Shown here: in pieces, positions 42,731-54,230 of the stretch
Position numbering within the stretch: position 1 is the stretch's first letter
Layout of the letters: every line of letters begins with the position of its first letter
Assembly: GCA_964016885.1 (NCBI GenBank)
Contig: OZ024752.1
Span: forward strand, 30,442,001-30,506,000
Source of the DNA: Eledone cirrhosa
Taxonomy: Eukaryota
DNA length: 64,000 bases
Direction: 5' to 3'
Notes under the pieces: generated by a model
Databases searched by the model: none
The model's input: the letters and a program-made list of their open reading frames with translations, nothing else
What the model was told of the DNA's origin: nothing
Program-made: the position numbers and the translations under genes

Positions 42731-45360
42731 TGATGGCTTATTGTTGCTGGTAAACTGTACTGTAATGATGGCTTATTCTTACTGGTAATATGTACTGTAA
42801 TGATGGCTTATTCTTGCTGGTAATCTGTACTGAGATGATGGCTTATTGTTGCTGGTAATCTGTACTGGGATGATGGCTTATTCTTACTGGTAATCTGTAC
42901 TGTAATGATGGCTTATTGTTGCTGGTAATCTGTACTGGGATGATGGCTTATTGTTGCTGGTAATCTGTACTGAGATGATGGCTTATTGTTGCTGGTAATC
43001 TGTACTGAGATGATGGCTTATTCTTACTGGTAATCTGTACTGGGATGATGGCTTATTCTTGCTGGTAATCTGTACTGTAATGATGGCTTATTCTTACTGG
43101 TAATCTGTACTGGGATGATGGTTTATTCTTGCTGGTAATCTGTACTGTAATGATGGCTTATTGTTGCTGGTAATCTGTACTGTAATGATGGCTTATTCTT
43201 ACTGGTAAACTGTACTGGGATGATGGCTTATTGTTGCTGGTAATCTGTATTAGGATGATGGCTTATTCTTACTGGTAATCTGTACTGGGATGATGGCTTA
43301 TTCTTACTGGTAATCTGTACTGGGATGATGGCTTATTCTTACTGGTAATCTGTACTGTAATGATGGCTTATTCTTACTGGTAATCTGTACTGTAATGATG
43401 GCTTATTGTTGCTGGTAATCTTTACTGTAATGATGGCTTATTGTTACTGGTAATCTGTATTGGGATGATGGCTTATTGTTGCTGGTAATCTGTACTGTAA
43501 TGATGGCTTATTCTTGCTGGTAATCTGTACTGGGATGATGGCTTATTGTTGCTGGTAATCTGTACTGTAATGATGGCTTATTGTTACTGGTAATCTGTAT
43601 TGGGATGATGGATTATTGTTACTGGTAATCTGTATTGGGATGATGGCTTATTGTTGCTGGTAATCTGTACTGTAATGATGGCTTATTGTTGCTGGTAATC
43701 TGTACTGTAATGATGGCTTATTCTTGCTGGTAATCTGTACTGGGATGATGGCTTATTGTTGCTGGTAATCTGTACTGGGATGATGGCTTATTGTTGCTGG
43801 TAATCTGTACTGTAATGATGGCTTATTCTTACTGGTAATCTGTACTGTAATGATGGCTTATTCTTACTGGTAATCTGTACTGTAATGATGGCTTATTCTT
43901 ACTGGTAATCTGTACTGTAATGATGGCTTATTCTTACTGGTAATCTGTACTGTAATGATGGCTTATTCTTACTGGTAATCTGTACTGGGATGATGGCTTA
44001 TTGTTGCTGGTAATCTGTACTGAGATGATGGCTTATTGTTGCTGGTAATCTGTACTGAGATGATGGCTTATTCTTACTGGTAATCTGTACTGGGATGATG
44101 GCTTATTCTTACTGGTAATCTGTACTGGGATGATGGCTTATTCTTGCTGGTAATCTGTACTGTAATGATGGCTTATTCTTACTGGTAATCTGTACTGGGA
44201 TGATGGTTTATTCTTGCTGGTAATCTGTACTGTAATGATGGCTTATTGTTGCTGGTAATCTGTACTGTAATGATGGCTTATTCTTACTGGTAAACTGTAC
44301 TGGGATGATGGCTTATTGTTGCTGGTAATCTGTATTAGGATGATGGCTTATTCTTACTGGTAATCTGTACTGGGATGATGGCTTATTCTTACTGGTAATC
44401 TGTACTGGGATGATGGCTTATTCTTACTGGTAATCTGTACTGTAATGATGGCTTATTCTTACTGGTAATCTGTACTGTAATGATGGCTTATTGTTGCTGG
44501 TAATCTTTACTGTAATGATGGCTTATTGTTACTGGTAATCTGTATTGGGATGATGGCTTATTGTTGCTGGTAATCTGTACTGTAATGATGGCTTATTCTT
44601 GCTGGTAATCTGTACTGGGATGATGGCTTATTGTTGCTGGTAATCTGTACTGTAATGATGGCTTATTGTTACTGGTAATCTGTATTGGGATGATGGATTA
44701 TTGTTACTGGTAATCTGTATTGGGATGATGGCTTATTGTTGCTGGTAATCTGTACTGTAATGATGGCTTATTGTTGCTGGTAATCTGTACTGTAATGATG
44801 GCTTATTCTTGCTGGTAATCTGTACTGGGATGATGGCTTATTGTTGCTGGTAATCTGTACTGGGATGATGGCTTATTGTTGCTGGTAATCTGTACTGTAA
44901 TGATGGCTTATTCTTACTGGTAATCTGTACTGTAATGATGGCTTATTCTTACTGGTAATCTGTACTGTAATGATGGCTTATTCTTACTGGTAATCTGTAC
45001 TGTAATGATGGCTTATTCTTACTGGTAATCTGTACTGTAATGATGGCTTATTCTTACTGGTAATCTGTACTGGGATGATGGCTTATTGTTGCTGGTAAAC
45101 TGTACTGGGATGATGGCTTATTGTTGCTGGTAATCTGTACTGATGGCTTATTCTTACTGGTAATCTGTACTGTAATGATGGCTTATTCTTACTGGTAATC
45201 TGTACTGTAATGATGGCTTATTCTTACTGGTAAACTGTACTGGGATGATGGCTTATTGTTGCTGGTAATCTGTACTGGGATGATGGCTTATTGTTGCTGG
45301 TAATCTGTACTGGGATGATGGCTTATTGTTGCTGGTAAACTGTACTGGGGTGATGGCTTA
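42731..45360. repeat. 35-bp minisatellite, ~75 copies
   Basis: Unit tgatggcttatt(g/c)tt(g/a)ctggtaatctgtactg(taa/gga). Confidence 0.97.
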
Positions 45361-45631
45361 CTCAAAAAGAACCTTTTTAAAATAAACCATCAATAGGAAT
45401 CTAAAGTAGCAGGAAACATTGACATTTCTAATGCCCTGTGCTACATATTTTCACCATAATTTACTATTTTTTTATTTTCTTAAATTCTATTATTATTATT
45501 ATCATTATATAATAATAATAATAATTTCCGATTTAGGCCCAAGGCCAAAATAATGATTTCTTTATTGTGGCCTATAAAGAAATCATTATTTTGGCCTTGG
45601 GCCTAAATCGGAAATTATTATTATTAGATTT

Positions 45632-45826
45632 TTGGCGGTGGATTGGCAGTATCGGTAGAGGGTCGGACGCCATGCTTTCCAGCATAGTTACGTCCCTTTA
45701 CGATCTGAGTTCAAATCCCGCCGAGGTTGACTTTGCCTTTCATCCTTGCGAGGTCGATAAAATAAAGTACCAGTAATGCACTGGGTAATTGCTGGCCTTG
45801 TGCCTAAAGTAGAAACAATTATTATT
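45632..45826 (+). mobile_element. Full-length young SINE (Nin-domain-like)
   Basis: ggcggtggattggcagtatcggtagagggtcggacgcc...gagttcaaatcccgccgagg...gtagaaacaattattatt. Confidence 0.92.
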
Positions 45827-45939
45827 ATATATTTTGGCCGCAGTGGCCAATAAAGAAATTATTTCACTTGGTTCTGTTCTGATTCTCTGTTGCCAGGTTC
45901 AGGCCTTGAACATAGGGCAATAGAAGTTTTCATTGGAGA

Positions 45940-46640
45940 GAGAGAGAGCTCATTTAAGAAGGTGTACTGTTCCTAGTAGCCTAATCTTCTGTAACTCATA
46001 TTTGCTGCTTCTGTGGGGAAGGACACCAAGGTGCAAATCTGATGATTTGGGTACTAATCTTAGTGCTCCTATTACTACAAGGATAGTGTTTGTGGTCTTC
46101 TTTTATACACGGTTGATCTCTATTTCTAGGTCTTTTCCATTGATTTTACAGATATATTCTTGTCACCTGGTACAGTAAAATCTATCAGGCTATATATCCT
46201 ATCTGTTTTGTTTTTTATGATGATATCAGGTCTGTTGGCCACAATTTCTTGATCAATTATCACAGGGATATCCCACAGAATGGCTATGTTGCCATTTTCC
46301 ATTAGTGTTTTTGGTTAATGTTCATACCATTTGTCGGAGGTTTGGATATCATGAGATCGGCAAAATTCCCACTGCATACATCTGGCAATGTGTGTGGTTT
46401 TGGCAGCTCTGGACACCTGGAAATAACATGATCCATTTTTCTTTGTATTTGTTGCTTATTCTGCATAGAGGGCTAGTGCCAGCTCTCACTCTTCTGTGTC
46501 GATAGGCTTGAGTGTTAAGAGATTGATTTTTTTTACAGCTACTAAGAGTCCCTCAGTCTCTGCTTTCAAACCAGCACTTCTGAGTCAGGCTAGTGAGCCA
46601 TACTGATCATAACATTGTGAAAAAGCTGCCCTGGGGTCTA
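45940..46640 (-). mobile_element. R4/Dong-like non-LTR retrotransposon 3' fragment (zinc knuckle + restriction-like endonuclease), decayed
   Basis: Minus strand across frameshifts: LRSAGLKAETEGLLVA..QSLNTQAY, PLCR...DHVISRCPEL, KWYEH, ILWDIPVIIDQEIVANRPDIII...LIDFTVP, DLEIEI, VVIGAL, LQKIRLLGTVHLLK. Confidence 0.85.
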
Positions 46641-46644
46641 CCAT

Positions 46645-46836
46645 TCAAGCATGAAGGAAAAGATATGGTTGGAATACATAGAGTGCGACTGAGATCAAAA
46701 ACGAGAGCTAAATTCCTACAAGTTCAAAGCCATTAACAGCCTAGCTGTACCAGTGGTAACATACAGCTTCAACATGATAAACTGGAACCTGTAAAAACTA
46801 CAAAGGATGGACATTAAGTCCAGAAAGCTATTGACA
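46645..46836 (+). mobile_element. Inverted upstream (RT thumb) piece of an R4/Dong-like element
   Basis: Plus strand: SSMKEKIWLEY..RVR...ELN..KFKAINSLAVPVVTYSFNMINWNL*KLQRMDIKSRKLLT. Confidence 0.78.
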
Positions 46837-46839
46837 ACC

Positions 46840-47115
46840 GATGCGAAATGGTGGGGATGATGATATACTGAGGAGAAAGAAGCTGCAGAAGCGTGGAACT
46901 GAGAAATACCAGGATGAAGTAGTGAAATCTGATCTCAAAATGTTGAGAATCTCACAGAGGAGATGACAAAGGAATGTAACAATGGAGGTCAGCTCCACTG
47001 GAAAGTAAACTTGTCTAACCCATATAAGTGTGGAACAAGGAGAGGGTAGCTGAACTGGAGGTTAATCCTGTCCAACCCATGCAAGTGTGGAACAAACGGA
47101 TGTAAAATGATGATG
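46840..47115 (+). mobile_element. Degenerate RTE LINE 3' fragment
   Basis: Ends gtccaacccatgcaagtgtggaacaaacggatgtaaaatgatgatga, the RTE-type tail. Confidence 0.65.
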
Positions 47116-48027
47116 AGTTAATCTTTACGACAAATGTTCACTTTGGATTTCATATCTTAGAAAAATAATAGAATGAATAAGTATCAGACAAAATAGTGGT
47201 GCGGTGTGGTGTAGTGTTTGAATGTAATCAACTAAAACTCAGAAGGACCAGGGTATGTTAACTGAAATAATATTGTGCTTATATTTTACAAATATAATCT
47301 ATTCTAGTTATTAGTAAATGAGAGCTAGAACAAATGTTTTTGTAGGGCCTCAGGCTACTATTACATGTATAATATCATATATAAATTTAAATAATATTTT
47401 AAAACCACATTTTAAAGATTTTAAAGTGACAAACAAATTTAGTTTGTGTATGTATGAAATACAAAATCTAACTGTTGTTTTTTCTTATACAGCTTCTTAT
47501 AAGTAGTCATCTTTTTACATTCTTCTCTCAGTTTATTAGAGATGAATAATTCAGCAAAACTCTTTGTCTTTGAATTGTTTTGTCTGTTTCTATATGTTGA
47601 TAAATGTGTGATGTTGTATATTTACTTATTGGTTTATCTATTGCTACGTTGGCAAGTATAGTTGATGAGGTCAGAATAAGACAAAAACTTATCTAAAGTT
47701 GTCTTCTATATTTGCCAGAAAAATGAAAATATTTATCATTGATTTGTATCTTTTTATTTTTATTTTTCTCAATGCATTTTTTATTTCTAATTAGTTTTTT
47801 CTTAATGCTCCATGCATTAAATATGTTAACACAACTTAAAATTTATAAGTTCATTACAATTTTGCAGCCATGTTTTAAGCTTACACACATAGGCACGTCT
47901 GTGTATGTCTATATTGATTTTTGTTGTCCATGCCAGATTGCAAACTAAACTAGATTCCACATCACTTTGTGTTCGCATTTTCTATTTATATAAACTATTT
48001 CACTTATAATTATTCTCATTATTTTAT

Positions 48028-48210
48028 TGGCAGTATCAGTAGAGGGTCAGACAGCATGCTTTGCAGCATAGAGTTGTGGCCCTTTACGTTCTGAGTTCAA
48101 ATCCCACCAAGGTTAGCTTTGCCTTTCATCCTTACTGGGTCGATAAAATAAAGCACCAATAATGCACTGGGGTAATTGCTGGCCTTGTGCCAAAAGTAGA
48201 AACAATTATT
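48028..48210 (+). mobile_element. SINE (Nin-domain-like)
   Basis: ttggcagtatcagtagagggtcagacagc...gagttcaaatcccacc...tttgcctttcatcctta...gtagaaacaattatt. Confidence 0.88.
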
Positions 48211-48759
48211 TTATCTGTAAAAACATGAACACTCATTCTTGTTACCAACTGTGTCGGCTTATAGCACACACTTTAACTCAGACTCTCTTATTTCTGATAA
48301 CAATGTAGTCTCTCTGGTCACTTGACCCACTAGAAATAGCAGCCAAATCACCCTCAAATTAAAAGACAAAAGAGCACATTGGATAATATAGTAATGACAA
48401 AAGTAACATGGCTGGATTTCCTAATTGTATTTCGTGTTCATAACTTAAAAAGCTGCTTTCTATGTGTTTTCTAAATCTCTGAAGATTTTTTGAAGTGTTT
48501 CTATTTTTCAAAATGGCTGACTTTTTCAGTTGATAAAGAATTCTTATCCATTACAATGTATTTATTTATTTTATTGTTGGCAGCTCTGAGATTATTTTTA
48601 CAAATTGGACAATATATAAATATTCTAATTATTGTCTGTATTGAAATAAGAGCAAGCTGAAGTGATATAATTCGTGCAATCATTTACATATAAAATGTGG
48701 TGAAAATCAATAGAACCTTGTTAAAAGGCAAGCATTTATGTATATAATATGTGTGTCTG

Positions 48760-48802
<43 letters not shown>

Positions 48803-48839
48803 TGTTATTGTGGCTAAAATGTGAGTTTTGTTACTCTGG

Positions 48840-48873
48840 AGTTTTGCCTGTTTCTCAGTCATCAGACAAAACT
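48840..48873 (-). ncRNA. Degraded hammerhead-like motif
   Basis: Minus strand: agttttgt CTGATGA ctga GAAA cag gcaaaact. 8-bp stem I and both core boxes present, but stems II/III and the NUH triplet are missing; ~40 nt from (TA)n like the other copies. Confidence 0.35.
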
Positions 48874-49233
48874 TGTGATAAACAGGTGAAATTCCAAAGT
48901 AATAAGACTCACTATTTAGCCTTAATAAAATGAATATTTAAACTCTACTTCCGTATTGAGTGCTCTTTTCTCTTGGCCATCAACTATATGCTGATATATG
49001 TATAATGTAGAAATGACTTGTATAGATAAATTCAACCTCTAAATAATTTCAAAATTTTTAACAAGATCAAAGTCTGTGGAAATAGGAGGAAGGTAGTGTG
49101 TCAAATGAGGTGAGAGATGATATTAAGAATGCATAGCAAATGGTACAAGGATGCACATATAAACGAGGTGATGGTTAGCAGGTTTGGATAGGAATGAGAG
49201 AGCGAGAGAGAGAGAGAGAGAGAGTTGTTTTAA

Positions 49234-49431
49234 CCCTTTAGCATTTAAACCAACCATATTCGGCCAGAATTTTCTCACCTCTTTCTGTTCAAACCGGCCA
49301 TAACCAGTTCTAACCAGCTGCTCATACTGACGTTAAGATATTGTTCTCAAAATAAATATCAAAATCTCATAGATTCGATATTATTTACTGTGAAAATACA
49401 ATAGTAAATATAGAGTAATATAGATGTTTAA
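49234..49431 (+). mobile_element. piggyBac-type MITE, right end damaged
   Basis: TTAA|ccctttagcatttaaacc...; body matches the other MITE copies. Confidence 0.8.
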
Positions 49432-49437
49432 TATAGA

Positions 49438-49760
49438 TCATCATCATCATCATTTTACGTCCACTTTTCCCTGCTTGCAAGGGTGGGACGGGAACTGATT
49501 CTGGCTTGATTTCTACAGCTGGATGCCCTTCCTAACACCAACCTCATTTACAGTGAGTGCTGTGGCACCTCCGCGACCACTTTGCAGTGGAATGATAGGG
49601 ACCCCAGTCCCTATCATCTCATTTCTACAGCTGAGTAAACTGGAGCAATGTGAAATAAAGTGTCTTGCTCAAGGAAACAACACATCACCCGGTCTGAGAA
49701 TTGAACTCACAACCTTTCGATTGCAAGGCCAATGCTCTAACCACTAAGCCATGTGCCTCC
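49438..49760 (-). mobile_element. tRNA-CORE SINE with RTE-derived segments
   Basis: Minus strand: ggaggcacatggcttagtggttagagc (A box)...gagttcaattc (B box), CORE-like gtgttgtttccttgagcaagacacttta, gtgttaggaagggcatcca, tail cccacccttgcaagcagggaaaagtggacgtaaaa(tga)n. Confidence 0.9.
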
Positions 49761-49961
49761 ATTGAAGGTTTTAAATGTTCAGAAGACTTTTAAATCAAAT
49801 TTACAAAACTCCTTATACTGTCTTTCCCACATATTTCTATTTCATTTACTATCAATGCATTGAACATTCTTAAATAACATATATATATATATATATATAC
49901 ATGCGCACACATATTTTAATTCATTAATTGTTTTGTAATATGTTAGATATCAAAGTCTTTC

Positions 49962-50027
<66 letters not shown>

Positions 50028-51280
50028 AGTTATTATCAAACTATTTATACATATAAATTCTTGAAATTCTCAGTGTCTTTTCCAGATTAATTTAAAGTTC
50101 TTTGGAAAGATTTGTTTCGCTGCCACCACCACCACTACTACTACTAATAATAATAATAATATTCCTTGTTCTTATTCCCTTAATGGTTACAATCAACAAC
50201 AAACATTTATCTTGGTTAGTCATAATATTTCCATTGGATATTCTTCATCAATGTACAGGTGCATATGGTTCTTTATTGAAGTGATTTCATTTTTTTACCA
50301 AAGATAAACTAAACTTCAAGAGTTTTTTTTAGATGTTTCTCCATATTCAGTATTTGTTGCCATTCAGTATATATATTTTAAGTTGACTTCATGTTGCTAC
50401 TGATGTAGATAATGACGATGGTTTGATGATAGGAAGGGTATCCTGCCATAAAAATAAACTTGCCAAGCAAAGAAACGTGAGGACTATTCAGCTATGCCAA
50501 AGACATAACAACATCCCTAGTGCTGGGTCCATAATAAAATGTACCTGGTGCACTCTGTAGAGTGCAGGAACATATGTAGGTGAAAAGCAGATCCCCAGCT
50601 TGACTGTCAATGGTTCTAATTAAGTACAGACTTGGTATGTGATAACCTGTCAAACTCTTGCTAGCTGGGAAAACAGACATTAAATGATGATGATATATAA
50701 GTTAATGTCTCTCTCCCAGAAAAATAATAAATGTTCATAGTATCTAGTTTATTCTGTTGTTATGCCTTAATTAGTTAAATAAACCAAAACATTGTAAATT
50801 AAAATGTTAATAGAATGTTGTATCTTTACTTCAGTGTGAACAGTTACGAAAATGTAAAATATTTTCTGCTATTTCTAACCCTCTTCACACTAACGATGTA
50901 CCAATTTAAATGTATTCAAACATCACATACAACTGTATGGTTAGTGTTAGATTCTATAGTTAGATACACTTTCTATGTCAAAATTTGAAACAAATGAGTG
51001 AGATGTCATCCTCTGACTTGTCTAGAGAGGTCATTACCTCTAATTAAGAATTGATTTGTGATGTAACTGCTTGTCCAACACATGCTAGCATGGAAAGCGA
51101 GTGTAAAATGATAAGGATCATACGAAGCAATGTAATATGATTTCTGATTTATATTAGTCACCATTCTTTTGTTAACTACTGAAGCCTAATATATTGTCTT
51201 CATATTTGCTATTGCCCAGCCTTAAATTTAAGCTGCAGTAATTCTCTATAAATGTTGTTAGTCACTCATTCACAAGCTAT

Positions 51281-51470
51281 CATTATCATTACTGTTTAGT
51301 GTCCACTTTTCTATGCTTGCATGGGTTAGACGGGTTGTCCACACCGGGAGGCAAATCTGGCCAGAGTTAGCCATGCTGCACCTTGCTCTGATGAGGACTG
51401 TAAATTTGGCCAGATATTTTACAGCAGGATGCCCTTCCCAACACCGACCACATTTACAGTGTGGAACTGG
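51281..51470 (-). mobile_element. Diverged RTE-tailed SINE fragment
   Basis: Reverse-strand tail cccatgcaagcatagaaaagtggacactaaac and gtgttgggaagggcatcc motif. Confidence 0.7.
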
Positions 51471-51892
51471 ATGGCTCCAGTATAAGGAGGGACAGGCGAG
51501 TTGGCCACATTGAATCCTTCCTCACTGCGGGACCACAGTTTGGTGCAGCAACCACATTTGCAGAGTGGAAGTGGATGGTACTGCTGTGAGGAGTGACATA
51601 GCGGTACCATTCACTTCCACAAATTCTTGTTATGTCATTTAAATCATAAATATAAATAACAACCTGTACATGTATTTTACTACTTAATAAACAACCTATA
51701 TTTGTATGTTACAAATATAGCTTGTTATTAATAGTATGTTGCTATTTTATAACACCCTAAACTTGTATGTTGCTATCTATTTTATAAATCAATTAAATCG
51801 GAGATAAGACAGTTTCATTATCTCAAGAGACTGATCTCATCATTTAAAACACTGTACTTCTATACAACCCAAATTTAGGTTATTTTGTTTCC

Positions 51893-51954
<62 letters not shown>

Positions 51955-52544
51955 GTATTTATACATAGTAAAGTTTCATAATATATAAAGGGAAAAGGAT
52001 GACAAATAAAACAAAACAAAGTAATGTTTTACCCAGTATATTTCAACATGATATTTCAGGGTTAAAGCCCCCTTTTCAAAAGCAAAAACGGAAACGGTTC
52101 AAAACAACTAACAATCGATATGTTGTTCCCTAACTGGTCATATATATATATATGTATACACACACACACAGTGTTATTGTAGTATTCAGAAATCCCTATA
52201 TGGAAATGTATGTTCAATCGCATTTGACTGCAAGATTCATTGGACGAAATGCAAAAGAACTTATTTCTCTGGTTGGTTTATAATTTAAAGTAACTACTTT
52301 CAGTTCAGAAAATAAGAACAACGTAGCATGTGTCTATCTACATCTCCCCATAGTTAAATAACATTCAGACTAACAGAATATAAATAAGACTCATATTATA
52401 AAGAATAGATTTTTCATTGATCTTATTTCCTCATATAAATATTCCAATTAAAAGAAATTGTTTCTTCTAAATCTGGCATTTGTAGAGTCATGATGCATGA
52501 GAAAGATTTAAGATTCATTCTCTATATCTCTCACACTTCCTACC

Positions 52545-52630
<86 letters not shown>

Positions 52631-52674
52631 GTATATATAATATAAGATCAAAAGATGGTTAAAAGAGTTCCATG

Positions 52675-52745
52675 TATTTTATTATGCGTATTTCAAAAAC
52701 AAATATCATCATGGGATGATATTTGCGTTCTCATCAGATAAAATA
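52675..52745 (-). ncRNA. Type I hammerhead ribozyme motif with long stem II
   Basis: Minus strand: tattttat CTGATGA gaacg caaatatcatc ccat gatgatatttg ttttt GAAA tacgca TA^ataaaata. 8-bp stem I, 11-bp perfect stem II core, near-palindromic stem III atacgcat; the stem II closing pair is G-U. Confidence 0.75.
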
Positions 52746-52820
52746 GGGAGACTTGATATGAAGCTTAAAAAACACTTGCGAGCAGTGAAGTGTTAAATCT
52801 ACATATAACTCTCCTCCTAC

Positions 52821-52863
<43 letters not shown>

Positions 52864-52943
52864 TTGTGGGCATGTGTTTATGCATCGGCTCTAGCTCTCA
52901 CTATAACATATATATATACATAAACATATATACACATATATAT

Positions 52944-52974
<31 letters not shown>

Positions 52975-53149
52975 CATATATATGTACTTATATATATATA
53001 TGACCCGTCTTGCCTAAGTACAAAGCGAAACCTACAGTCAGTAGGCACCTCCTAACCAAAAATACATCCCCATCCCACTACCCCAACCCCCAACCCCATC
53101 CACACCACCCCTTTTGATGTAAAGTTATGTTAGTGCCACAACATCCAGT

Positions 53150-53405
53150 CCTAAATAAATGAGGTCGTGTAGGTGTTACGACAAAAAAACACAGTCCAGG
53201 CTGTAATGTGGCCGTGTAGGTAACACACTAAAAACCTCCCAGTCCACACTGTAAACGTGGTTGGTGTTAGGAAGGGCATCCAGCCGTAGAAAACCTGCCA
53301 GACAGCCCCATACGAGCGAGACAACCAATCTTGCCTCAAGTGGGACAATTCCCGTCTAAACCCATTCTAGCGTGGAAGATAGACGTTAAACGATGATGAT
53401 GATGA
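53150..53405 (+). mobile_element. RTE-tailed SINE
   Basis: cccagtccacactgtaaacgtggttggtgttaggaagggcatccagccgtagaaa ... agcgtggaagatagacgttaaacgatgatgatgat. Confidence 0.82.
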
Positions 53406-53462
53406 TATATATACATATATATGTACATATATACATATATATGTACATATATATATATATAT

Positions 53463-53503
<41 letters not shown>

Positions 53504-53762
53504 CATATATATATATATATACACATACATATATATATATATATACACATACATATATATATATATATACATATATATACATATATATATATACATATAT
53601 ATACATATATATATATACATATATATACATACATATATATACATATACATACATATATATACATATACATACATATATATACATATACATACATACATAT
53701 ACATACTTATATGTATATATATATAATATATATATGTATATATATATATGTATATATATATA

Positions 53763-53793
<31 letters not shown>

Positions 53794-53877
53794 ATATATT
53801 TATATATTATATATATATATTATATATATATTATATATTTATATATTATATATATATATATACACACACACATATAT

Positions 53878-53936
<59 letters not shown>

Positions 53937-53990
53937 TATATATATACATATATATGTGTGTGTGTGTGTGCGTGCGCGTGTGCGCGCGGC
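53405..53990. repeat. Compound (TA)n/(TACA)n/(TG)n microsatellite
   Basis: Direct reading. Confidence 0.95.
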
Positions 53991-54040
53991 TGTGTATCAC
54001 CTTTATCTCCCATTCTCACCTCTCTGTCTATCACTTATTA

Positions 54041-54230
54041 TGGTGGATTGGCAGTATCGGTAGAGGGTCGGACGCCATGCTTTCCAGCATAGTTACGTCC
54101 CTTTACGATCTGAGTTCAAATCCCGCCGAGGTTGACTTTGCCTTTCATCCTTACGGGGTCGATAAAATAAAGTACCAGTAATGCACTGGGTAGTTGCTGG
54201 CCTTGTGCCAAAAGTTTGGCACAATTATTT
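54041..54230 (+). mobile_element. Young SINE (Nin-domain-like)
   Basis: Near-identical to the 45632 copy. Confidence 0.92.

Noticed and set aside
49690-49760. tRNA gene-like sequence (also 61005-61075 and the heads of the other SINEs)
   Set aside because: A/B boxes are SINE heads fused to CORE or Nin-like bodies; no complete cloverleaf
52045-52085. Hammerhead-like tgaaaa-gggg..ccct-gaaa on the minus strand near (TA)n (similar weak cases at ~24485-24500 and ~32900-32925)
   Set aside because: Core boxes mutated or stems missing; may be decayed pLTRs but not supportable
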